This document shows, one piece after another, positions 39,270 to 47,942 of a stretch of 64,000 nucleotides of DNA. The notes below the pieces were generated by a model. The model made no database searches and was not told the origin of the DNA. It saw nothing but the letters and a program-made list of their open reading frames with translations. This DNA is from Candidatus Heimdallarchaeota archaeon (GTDB taxonomy: Archaea; Asgardarchaeota; Heimdallarchaeia; Heimdallarchaeales; Heimdallarchaeaceae): assembly GCA_021399345.1 (NCBI GenBank), contig JAAFKI010000094.1, positions 32,001-96,000 on the forward strand, in the 5' to 3' direction. The first letter of the stretch is position 1; the number at the start of each line of letters is the position of its first letter. Position numbers and translations under genes: made by a program.

Positions 39270-41108
39270 ATGTATTCTGTAGTGTGCGGATTTAGAAAAA
39301 AAATGATGATTTTGGTTTCGATTTGTTTAATACTGAGTATAATTATTAGTGTTAATGGTGAAGAGATAAATTTTTCGAGTCTTCTAACAAATCATCAGGA
39401 TTCATACCAATTATCTTCTCTAGCACCTCATAGTGCAATTATAATTGAAAATGATGATAATTTCACAGATTATGGTTTTGATGGAAATGGTTCTGAGAGT
39501 AATCCATACATAATTGAAAATTACAACATAACAGCTACAGGTTTAAGTGGTATATATGTAGGATTTACAGAGAAATACTTTGAGATTAGGAATTGTTTAA
39601 TTGATAGCTCTTCATTAGGGATAAGATTCGAGTATGTAACTTCAGGAACTGGAGCAATTTATAACAATACATTTGTGATTGGTCATGCTGATGGGATTCA
39701 AATTTTGAATTCAAATAACGTAACCATATCAAACAATACGTGTATTGGGAGATTTCTTGACGAGGGAGATAATGGAGGTATAGTTATAGCTAGATCTCAA
39801 TATTGTTTAATAGAAAATAATTCTGCATATAATAAAGGTATAAGGTTAATAGATTCATTTCATTGTATTGTAAGAAATAACAGTTTATACAACTGTGGAT
39901 TATCTTTTCTTCGACCAACATATGCTCAGTGTTTTAGTCATACAATTGAGAATAATACTGTTAATGGAAAACAATTGGGGTATTTTATTGATCAAAATAG
40001 TATTCACATTCAAAATTCATCTTTTGGTCAAATTGTACTTGTAAATTGTGATAACTCAATTATAGAAAACCAAAATATCTCAAAAACATTTAATGGGATT
40101 TCATTATTTTATACAGGAAATAGTTTCATTGGCAATAATACATGTAATAATAATATCGGGGATGGGATATATCTTTTCGAATCATCTGTAAACATTGTTC
40201 AAAACAACACATGTAAAGATAATCTTGAAAATGGTATTTTCTTTCATTTTTCAATCTGGAACACTGCATCAAAAAATCAGTTAATTAGCAATGGTCATCA
40301 TGGAATTTATCTAGTTTCAGCATCAGATTCATCTGTTTATGACAATTTGTGTATTTCGAATTCATGGACAGGAATATATGGATTTTATGCTAGTTCTGCG
40401 TCCATAGAAAACAATCTATGTGTTGGTAGTGCATTATATGGAATAAGTTTGTATAATTCACCATATTCGACAATATTGAATAACACCTGCTTATCAATCA
40501 GTAATCAAGGAATATTTTTACGAGCATCTGATGAAACCGATATAGCATTAAACAATGTAACAAATAACGGTGCAAGTGGTATTGAAGTTCAAATTAGTAG
40601 ATATATTCATATCTACAACAATTCTTGTTACAACAATAAATATGGTATAAGTGTTTGGGGGACAGATAGAATCATAATAGAAGCCAATTATATGATAAAT
40701 AATAGCTTAAATGGAATACAGATTTATGATTCGAGTAAGTGTATTTTAACCTATAATCGTTTAGAAAATAATACTGAATATGGCGTTTATCTGTTCGATT
40801 CTTCAAGTTGTACGATCCATCACAATAATTTTGTAAACAACAATGAATCAACTTCTCAAGCTTACGATAGTGGAGGTTTATCTAACACTTGGTATGATAT
40901 TTATACAGATGAAGGCAATTATTGGTCTGACCATCTAGGCTCAGGTTCCTATTTTATTGACGGAGATTCTAGTTCCTTTGATCCTTATCCATTGGAAAGC
41001 CAAAGTATCCCTCAATTAAATGAATTTAGAATAATTTTGATTATTCCTTTTATTGTATTATCTGCTATTGTTATCTTATTAGTTAGAAAGAAGAAAAAAA
41101 CATATTGA
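39270..41108 (+). CDS. cell-surface right-handed beta-helix (NosD/CASH-repeat) protein with C-terminal TM anchor
   Basis: Signal peptide, GNGSESNPYIIEN, many Asn-rich GI-x-L repeats, GNYWSD...DPYPL, and a TM plus RKKKK tail. Confidence 0.85.
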   Translation: MYSVVCGFRKKMMILVSICLILSIIISVNGEEINFSSLLTNHQDSYQLSSLAPHSAIIIENDDNFTDYGFDGNGSESNPYIIENYNITATGLSGIYVGFTEKYFEIRNCLIDSSSLGIRFEYVTSGTGAIYNNTFVIGHADGIQILNSNNVTISNNTCIGRFLDEGDNGGIVIARSQYCLIENNSAYNKGIRLIDSFHCIVRNNSLYNCGLSFLRPTYAQCFSHTIENNTVNGKQLGYFIDQNSIHIQNSSFGQIVLVNCDNSIIENQNISKTFNGISLFYTGNSFIGNNTCNNNIGDGIYLFESSVNIVQNNTCKDNLENGIFFHFSIWNTASKNQLISNGHHGIYLVSASDSSVYDNLCISNSWTGIYGFYASSASIENNLCVGSALYGISLYNSPYSTILNNTCLSISNQGIFLRASDETDIALNNVTNNGASGIEVQISRYIHIYNNSCYNNKYGISVWGTDRIIIEANYMINNSLNGIQIYDSSKCILTYNRLENNTEYGVYLFDSSSCTIHHNNFVNNNESTSQAYDSGGLSNTWYDIYTDEGNYWSDHLGSGSYFIDGDSSSFDPYPLESQSIPQLNEFRIILIIPFIVLSAIVILLVRKKKKTY

Positions 41109-41135
41109 TACGAAACAAACATGTTGATACGAAAC
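41098..41135 (+). repeat. 19-bp tandem duplication spanning a stop codon
   Basis: aaacatattgatacgaaac followed by aaacatgttgatacgaaac (18/19 identical). Confidence 0.7.
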
Positions 41136-41209
41136 GTTCCTAGGCTTGAAAATAATTGGTACTTACAACTAGCTAATAGCTAGATCTTTTCCTTTTTAGC
41201 AAATTATAT

Positions 41210-41809
41210 ATGTTCATTCTCACTATAGTACAATTCATGAAGCCTATAATTAAAAGATCTTTATCAATTTCTTTGTTATTGCTATGCATGTTATCATTAT
41301 TCTTAACTTCAGTTCAAGCCGCATCAGAAACATTCCATTATGATACTGCCTCAGGTACTCTATATGATATCATCGCTACCATTGACTCAACTAAGGTAGA
41401 AGATGGAAACAATACTTTTCAAGTTGAGATAAAAATAACAGATTTAGGACCTAATTCAGTTTATATTCACGAAATAAAAGTTTTCTTCAGAATAGACCCC
41501 TACATCACAGATTATGGATCAACTACAGATAATCTGACAGCTAATGGTATGTCCAGCATTGCAACTTTGACATTTGAATATAACTCAACTTGGGGAAATG
41601 TTGAATTAGACATTTTGATTAAATTCCAAGAAGAAGTCTATCATGGGGAAGATTTGATAACTCATTACTATGAAACAAATTGGATTTATATATTCACTCT
41701 AAAATCAGCAGCTGGAGCTAGCTGGTCATCAATATCACTAATTGTTGCGGTTGTTTCTTTAGGAAGTGGATGGTATATTCTAACTAAAAAACTTAAAATT
41801 AGAGCATAA
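41210..41809 (+). CDS. secreted, C-terminally anchored hypothetical protein (beta-rich ectodomain)
   Basis: Signal peptide ending VQA, and C-terminal TM plus KKLKIR. Confidence 0.75.
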   Translation: MFILTIVQFMKPIIKRSLSISLLLLCMLSLFLTSVQAASETFHYDTASGTLYDIIATIDSTKVEDGNNTFQVEIKITDLGPNSVYIHEIKVFFRIDPYITDYGSTTDNLTANGMSSIATLTFEYNSTWGNVELDILIKFQEEVYHGEDLITHYYETNWIYIFTLKSAAGASWSSISLIVAVVSLGSGWYILTKKLKIRA

Positions 41810-41820
41810 TAATTCTGCTT

Positions 41821-42789
41821 CTATTTTCCATTTTTTAAAATGAAATTAACTAAATTTGCTATTATAGAAGAATCAGATTCTGGATAGATAGTTATTTCTT
41901 CAGCTCTTTCTCTTCCTTTGACATTCAATTCAAGACGACCTTCGGAATTAACTGTACATGATTCTATTGCAAAAATAGGTACAGCATAGGTATCCTTACC
42001 AGGTATCTTGAGGAAAAATCGTTTATTAGATATCCATAATGTACCTTTTTCACCAAAAACGGTACCTTCAGCATGATGAATGGAATCTAAATAAAGAATG
42101 TTTTCTCCTTCAAGCTGTTGAATGTCAAGCATTTCTGTTGTAAGGGATCGATTGACTGAAGATAAAGCCATCAACTGATCTATTGTAGCTGCAAATAGAG
42201 GATCTTCAATTGAAACAAACTGAACTCTATCCACTTTATCAATGAGAATAATCATTCTATGACGTGCAAAGGCTACTAAAGCGTCAGATATTCCTCCCAC
42301 TCTATAGAAATTGTGAGAACTTTCAATTCCATCAACTTTAACCTTATTACCTGTAAAGAATTTCTTAAACAAATTATCATCTTTTGCGAAAATATAAACA
42401 AAATCCTCAGTATTGAGTTTTTCAGTAAAGTTACCAGATGAATAAAAACCATACTTATGTGCGCTACCAGCTGTCTCATAAAACTGTTCTAATGCATCAG
42501 AAACATTCGTAGACGCTACTGTAAACTGTTTAAGAAATTCCTTAAATCTCTTGATAGGTTTGTCTGCAAAGTATATAGCGGGTTTTTTATTTTCATCTTT
42601 ATACACAAAGCCTCTATTAGAGAGATCTTCTAAAACACCATAGATTTTTGCTTGAGGTATTTTTGTTTCTTCTGCTAGTTTAGGTGCAGTAGCACTACCC
42701 ATACGTACTATTTCTAAGAATGCTCTAGATTCATATTCTGATAATCCAAACAGCTTAAGATTATCTACTAAATCGCTTTGTTTTGACAT
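41821..42789 (-). CDS. TrmB-family transcriptional regulator with C-terminal PH/GRAM-like domain
   Basis: The N-terminal LKLFGLSEYESRAF...IPQAKIYGVLEDLSNRGFV is a TrmB wHTH. The C-terminal EGENILY...GTLWISNKRFFL...VPIFAIESC looks PH-like. Confidence 0.82.
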   Translation of the reverse strand: MSKQSDLVDNLKLFGLSEYESRAFLEIVRMGSATAPKLAEETKIPQAKIYGVLEDLSNRGFVYKDENKKPAIYFADKPIKRFKEFLKQFTVASTNVSDALEQFYETAGSAHKYGFYSSGNFTEKLNTEDFVYIFAKDDNLFKKFFTGNKVKVDGIESSHNFYRVGGISDALVAFARHRMIILIDKVDRVQFVSIEDPLFAATIDQLMALSSVNRSLTTEMLDIQQLEGENILYLDSIHHAEGTVFGEKGTLWISNKRFFLKIPGKDTYAVPIFAIESCTVNSEGRLELNVKGRERAEEITIYPESDSSIIANLVNFILKNGK

Positions 42790-42834
42790 TCTAATTCTTC
42801 TTAGTTGTATAAGTTTATAAAGTTTGGTATTTAA

Positions 42835-42961
42835 TTACTACCGCGGTGGTTACAAAAGCAAATATTTATATATGTCTGCGATTAACTACTGTAGTAGTAA
42901 CAAATAATTCGAGAGTTATAGTCCTCTAAGGGCAAACAAAAATTAACTATCTCGGTGGTAA
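42835..42961. promoter_or_regulatory. three 18-bp imperfect palindromes (TWACTAY-N4-GTRGTWA) around a TATA box; candidate TrmB-family operators
   Basis: TTACTACCGCGGTGGTTA at 42835-42852, TAACTACTGTAGTAGTAA at 42883-42900 and TAACTATCTCGGTGGTAA at 42944-42961. TTTATATA at 42865-42872. Confidence 0.7.
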
Positions 42962-42964
42962 AAA

Positions 42965-44371
42965 ATGGCAAAAACACGAATTTCATATCTGAACGGTCTG
43001 GCGATTGTTTGTATAGTCTTCATCAGTCTCTCAGTCGTTCCTGTTGGTGTAATTGCAGGTGTCGCGTTTAGTGAAGGTGGTTATAACAACCATGAATTCA
43101 CTGTCGATCCTGAAGCAAATTATACATTCTTACTGAACATTGAAGGAGATCTAGTCTTCTATTATGATATCTATGAATATCCTTTAAACACAAATGATTA
43201 CGAGATTCATTTAGTGGATGAGACTGATTATTTAGATTGGAACTCTTCTGTAGATCCTCGTCCTGACAATGAACTTGTAATATATGGTGCAGATGAGAAC
43301 TTTAAGTGGATAAGAACTTATGGTCAAGATAAATATCTCATATTCTACAATGATGATAATGCAACCAGCTTAACTGTTGAACTTCATTACTTTACAGCTG
43401 ATAGAGCTCTAATTATTGGTGGTTTAGCTGTAGGACTTATATTATCTACATTTACAACTATTCTAGCTTTACATACAGTATTTTATCTTCTACGAATACT
43501 TATCTTCATACCCATTTTTGGTTTTAGATATACAAATGGTGATGATAGAAGAAAGGGTAGAGACAGAAGATATAGTTATGACTATAGGTCACCTCCTGCA
43601 TCCCCAGCCGCTCCAGCAGCTCGTGCTGTTAAAGCTGCTCCAGCTGCCAAAGGTGTAAAAGCTGCACCTGCAGCCCCAGCTATTCCAGCTATTAGAAGAA
43701 CTCCTACTGCTCCTATTAAAAGAGGTCCAGCTATCCAAAACATCTCTTCAACTTATGTTGTTGCTGGTCAAGCTAAAGAATATCCCAAAAGTGAACTCAA
43801 GAGATTCTTAGTTAAAACATGGGATTCAACTTCTATAGCTGAAAGAGTCTTAGTAGTTATAGCCTTATTCTTCCTATTGACTGGAGCTGTTACAGGAACT
43901 TGGTATATAATTGTAGTATTTCCAATTACACTACTAGGCATATCTATCATAGTCTATTTTGCAGGTCGCAATAGACGAGAAAAACTCATTAGATTAGTTG
44001 AAAGTCACAAAGCAATCTACGTTACTGAAGCTGCAAGAATTCTAAGATCAGCTTCTGAAGTAATTCGCATGGATGCTTGGAAGATTATCAACCTTGGCCT
44101 TGGAACTATTGGTTTCGATACACAAAACAACATCTTATTTGACGCATCTCAAATTGATCCAAGTGAACTCCAAGATGTTTCTCCAGAAGCCAAGAAAATT
44201 CACGATGAGTTAGTAACTGAAGCTGCTGAAAAAGTAGATGTAAAAGAAGAAAAGAAAGTTGAGGAAGTTGTTGAAGGCGTAGAAGTTAAATGCCCATTCT
44301 GTGACAGCAATAACCCCCCTGACTCTTCATTCTGCATAAAATGTGGTGCAAGCTTAAAGCCTGCAAAATAA
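42965..44371 (+). CDS. multi-domain membrane protein: ectodomain, TM, Pro/Ala/Lys-rich linker, TM hairpin, wHTH-like segment, zinc ribbon
   Basis: Signal/TM, an acidic ectodomain, PAAPAARAVKAAPAAKGVKAAPAAPA, then IYVTEAARILRS...IINLGLG, and CPFC...CIKC. Confidence 0.8.
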   Translation: MAKTRISYLNGLAIVCIVFISLSVVPVGVIAGVAFSEGGYNNHEFTVDPEANYTFLLNIEGDLVFYYDIYEYPLNTNDYEIHLVDETDYLDWNSSVDPRPDNELVIYGADENFKWIRTYGQDKYLIFYNDDNATSLTVELHYFTADRALIIGGLAVGLILSTFTTILALHTVFYLLRILIFIPIFGFRYTNGDDRRKGRDRRYSYDYRSPPASPAAPAARAVKAAPAAKGVKAAPAAPAIPAIRRTPTAPIKRGPAIQNISSTYVVAGQAKEYPKSELKRFLVKTWDSTSIAERVLVVIALFFLLTGAVTGTWYIIVVFPITLLGISIIVYFAGRNRREKLIRLVESHKAIYVTEAARILRSASEVIRMDAWKIINLGLGTIGFDTQNNILFDASQIDPSELQDVSPEAKKIHDELVTEAAEKVDVKEEKKVEEVVEGVEVKCPFCDSNNPPDSSFCIKCGASLKPAK

Positions 44372-44414
44372 CCTCTCTTTCTTCTTCTTTCCTCATTTTT
44401 TTATTTTTTTTGTT
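44372..44414 (+). terminator. pyrimidine/T-rich tract, probable terminator
   Basis: cctctctttcttcttctttcctcatttttttattttttttg lies between convergent genes. Confidence 0.55.
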
Positions 44415-46214
44415 TTATCTTATATGTGGGTTTGGACAGTTAATGTAATCTTCATCTAGAACTCGTTCTATAGACTCCATAAATGCACTGTCAACCAATT
44501 TACCCTTTAGGTTATAATATCTCCACCAAATACAGGTCCTCATTTTTTCTATTATTTTTTCTTCGATAAATTTCTCTTTTAATCCTCTATTTACCATTAA
44601 TTCTTTATAATTATCTATTTCTTCCTCAGTTTCAAAGATATAGAAACTTGAAAGATCTGAATTCAAAATCTTATTTTTCACCGAAAATAACCATTCTTCA
44701 AATCTTATTTTCTCATCTTCAGACATATCTTCTACATTTGGTGCCACGTATGTTACTCCATACCCCCTAGCCTTTTCACCTTCTTCGTCTTTCATCACTT
44801 TATAATCTGTTCTATCTCTTAACCAATCAAAGTAATTAATTGACATCTTACCTGAGACACCAATGCACATGTACTGGGTACTTCTCCACAAGGACCTTTG
44901 ATAGAGATGATCATGTCCAAAAATTGCAGCACTAACACCATAATCATCAAACAAGGGTGTCAAACAGGATTGTGCAAGAGCATCAGAATTATTTCTAGCT
45001 CTTCCAAAGTAACCAATTGTGAAGATCGCTGAATGTAGGAAAACAATACAAAATTGAGGTCCTTGTTCTTCTATCGCTTTTCTTCTCCATTCTTTTAGCT
45101 CTTCATTCAACCAATTCCATTGTCTACTCTCACAAGCGATACTTTCATTTCCCCAATTCAAACCAATTGAATCCAGATGAATCATGTGAACATTACCTAC
45201 ATCTTGAGAGAAATAAGCTCCTCCTTTCGTTCTTGGAGTTTGAATGAACATGTGAAAGTGTTTCTGAGTTCTTGCTTTACCACCAAACCACGAAGCACGA
45301 CCCCAACCGCCATTGAAATAATCATGATTGCCTATTGTAGGAGTAAAAGGTATTCTTGCGAAATTTACATTACCACATGTAAAAAGATCTGCCCAATATT
45401 CATGATATGAGCCATTATCAACATTATCACCACTAGTTGTGAAAACTTGATAGCCTTTGTCAAAAGTATAATCTAACTCTTTGACATGAATGTGCTTCAT
45501 TAAACGTTCTAGTCTAGGATTTACCTTCGCTTTGAACCCCACAACTTTTCCTCTTTTGAATCTTGCTTTTGATCCTCCATGCAAATCTGATGTAGAAACA
45601 AAAAAGACTGGTTGTTTACCTGATTGAACACCAGCTGTGAACTCCCTTATTTTAGATGCACCTATTAATTCTTCATCTTTGTTGTAACATTCTATTCTAT
45701 AATGATAATTCTTGTTTTCAGCTAGATTTTCAATCAAACCCAAAAATAGCTGAGGTGCTGATGATACTGGATGGTAGGAGAAGGATGAAGAATGTTTCAT
45801 AGGAATTTCTGCTAATTCACAGAAATCATCGTTAAATAATCGGATAACGCATCTACCTTTAGGATTACTAAGGAAAGGTTTCTTCTTGTTTACATCAACA
45901 ACTTCCTTCACTCTATTAGTTTTAAGAAAACCATAATCAAGATATACTGAAACTAGAATCTTTGAAGCATCATTAGTGATTCTCATCATATAATACTTAT
46001 CGATAATGAATTTTACAGGAGGAATACTTTCATCTTCTTTCTCAGTTGTTGTATAAGGTTTATATTTAACCTCATCAAAATCTTCAAGTTCTAAAGGATA
46101 GAAATTCTCTTCTTCTGCTAATCTTCTGCGAATAGTTTCACGAATTTTTATTCTATATTTTGTAGAAGGTATCCTGTCTTCAGGAGGTGAGATTTTTTGT
46201 TTTTCTATAGACAT
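44415..46214 (-). CDS. calcineurin-like metallophosphoesterase (purple-acid-phosphatase-like architecture)
   Basis: SDLHG, SGDNVD, IGNHDY, VFLH and GHDHLYQR, preceded by an FN3-like YHYRIE segment. Confidence 0.85.
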   Translation of the reverse strand: MSIEKQKISPPEDRIPSTKYRIKIRETIRRRLAEEENFYPLELEDFDEVKYKPYTTTEKEDESIPPVKFIIDKYYMMRITNDASKILVSVYLDYGFLKTNRVKEVVDVNKKKPFLSNPKGRCVIRLFNDDFCELAEIPMKHSSSFSYHPVSSAPQLFLGLIENLAENKNYHYRIECYNKDEELIGASKIREFTAGVQSGKQPVFFVSTSDLHGGSKARFKRGKVVGFKAKVNPRLERLMKHIHVKELDYTFDKGYQVFTTSGDNVDNGSYHEYWADLFTCGNVNFARIPFTPTIGNHDYFNGGWGRASWFGGKARTQKHFHMFIQTPRTKGGAYFSQDVGNVHMIHLDSIGLNWGNESIACESRQWNWLNEELKEWRRKAIEEQGPQFCIVFLHSAIFTIGYFGRARNNSDALAQSCLTPLFDDYGVSAAIFGHDHLYQRSLWRSTQYMCIGVSGKMSINYFDWLRDRTDYKVMKDEEGEKARGYGVTYVAPNVEDMSEDEKIRFEEWLFSVKNKILNSDLSSFYIFETEEEIDNYKELMVNRGLKEKFIEEKIIEKMRTCIWWRYYNLKGKLVDSAFMESIERVLDEDYINCPNPHIR

Positions 46215-46264
46215 CTTAATTACGAATTCTAATTCAGTCTTTAAAATTTTACTACAAAGGTACG

Positions 46265-46876
46265 TTATTTCTTAGCAAAATGACATATATCATTAACTAA
46301 ATCGATTGAAAACTTTTCTTTTCCTTCTGATTCAATGTAATCAATGATATTAATACTGCAATTGTATTGTTTGATAGTATCAAATACTAACTTTGATGCA
46401 TCTAGAATTTTAGCTATTATTGAACGAATACACCCTCCATGTGTGACGATCAGAACATAGTCTTTTTCTTTATTTTCACGAGCTATGTTTCTAAACTCTT
46501 CCCATACTCTGTTCATGAAATCTTCTGCCTGTTCCCCATTGTGTTTAGTCATCAAGTCATCAAATTCTTTAAGGGAATCCATCTCATCCAGCAGTTCAGA
46601 AATACCCACTCCATCAAGATCTCCAAGAGTATGCTCTCGGAGTTTATCGGTATAATTAACAGGAAGATTCAATTCCGAACTGATAATTACAGCTGTTTCA
46701 GCAGCTCTAACTAAATCTGAGCTGTAGATTACTTGTATTCCTTTTCCCTTCAATTCTTCAGCTAAAATCTTTGCTTGATTTTTACCAGTTTCATTTAGAG
46801 GAGTAGGTAAATGACCCATAATTATACGATTCTTATTGTGATCAGTCTCTCCATGTCTAACAAGGAATATTCTCAT
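46265..46876 (-). CDS. histidine phosphatase (phosphoglycerate mutase) family protein
   Basis: LVRHGET, SSDLVRAAET and VTHGGCI. Confidence 0.92.
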   Translation of the reverse strand: MRIFLVRHGETDHNKNRIIMGHLPTPLNETGKNQAKILAEELKGKGIQVIYSSDLVRAAETAVIISSELNLPVNYTDKLREHTLGDLDGVGISELLDEMDSLKEFDDLMTKHNGEQAEDFMNRVWEEFRNIARENKEKDYVLIVTHGGCIRSIIAKILDASKLVFDTIKQYNCSINIIDYIESEGKEKFSIDLVNDICHFAKK

Positions 46877-46922
46877 GAAGGAAAAAAATGAAGTCTATTA
46901 AAAAAGGTTAGGGAAGGGAGTT

Positions 46923-47933
46923 TTATCTTACAACTCTAGTCAGTTTGGCTCCACATCTAGTACATGAGTAAACTCCCTTCGGAATATCTGCTCCGCAAGT
47001 AGGACATGTTTTGATTTTGCTTTCTGTGCTCGCATCAAGTTTCCTAAGAGGTTTTAAAAGCAATCCATCTTCAGTCATTGTCCAAGTATACAGTAAAGAC
47101 CCTCTAAGTTCTGAAATAGCTTTTTCAGGTAATGTTATTCTGTTTTGATTGTCTATAACCAGAAATCTAGAGCTATCCAAATCAGTCAAATCAATGTCCT
47201 GTAGATGCTCTCCAATAAGAATGCCATCTCTAATTTCTAAGGTTCTATCTGAGAAATCCCCAACTATAGGATCATGACTGCAGATTAAATAGGAAGTACC
47301 CATATCCTCTTTCAATTCCTTGAAAAGCTCAAGAATTTGAGTTGAGGTTTCAGTATCAACGTTTCCCGTTGGCTCATCAGCAAAAATCAGCCTAGGATTA
47401 TTTGCCAACGCTCTAGCTATTGAGACTCTTTGCTGTTCACCGCCTGAGATTCTTTTTGGAGTGTGGGTTCTTCTATGCCAAATACCTAAAATTTCCATCA
47501 GTTCTTTTACTCTTTGTTTTCTTCTTGAACGATTGAGATTGACTAACCTCATTGGCATCTCTATATTCTTTTCTGCGCTCAAATATGGAATTAGATTTTG
47601 TTCTTGGAAAACATATCCTATATTGTGTCTTCTATATTCGAATTGTTTCTCTTCAGCTAGTTTAGTTATATCTGTGCCATCAGAATAAAAAATCTGACCA
47701 GCAGAAGGTTTGAGCATTCCACCTAGAGATAATAATAAGGTGCTTTTTCCTGATCCCGAAGGGCCAATTATCCCCAAAATTTCACTTTTCTTGATGTCAA
47801 AACTTACACCTTTTAGAGCAACAACCTTGTTCTGATGTTCCAGACCGTATACATGATAGATATCAATGGCCTGTAAGGCTAAATCTTCAGGAAGTGGTTC
47901 CATTTGGAATGTTTTTGTTTTATCACTGTACAT
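46923..47933 (-). CDS. ABC ATPase (LolD/MacB type) with C-terminal AbrB-like segment and zinc ribbon
   Basis: GPSGSGKST, ISGGEQQRV and ADEPTGN, then VIDNQNRITLP and CPTC...CTRC. Confidence 0.9.
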   Translation of the reverse strand: MYSDKTKTFQMEPLPEDLALQAIDIYHVYGLEHQNKVVALKGVSFDIKKSEILGIIGPSGSGKSTLLLSLGGMLKPSAGQIFYSDGTDITKLAEEKQFEYRRHNIGYVFQEQNLIPYLSAEKNIEMPMRLVNLNRSRRKQRVKELMEILGIWHRRTHTPKRISGGEQQRVSIARALANNPRLIFADEPTGNVDTETSTQILELFKELKEDMGTSYLICSHDPIVGDFSDRTLEIRDGILIGEHLQDIDLTDLDSSRFLVIDNQNRITLPEKAISELRGSLLYTWTMTEDGLLLKPLRKLDASTESKIKTCPTCGADIPKGVYSCTRCGAKLTRVVR

Positions 47934-47942
47934 AAAATCACC

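Noticed and set aside
43590-43735. GC-richer repetitive stretch considered as a non-coding repeat or CRISPR
   Set aside because: It encodes the in-frame Pro/Ala-rich linker of the 42965 protein and has no repeat-spacer periodicity.
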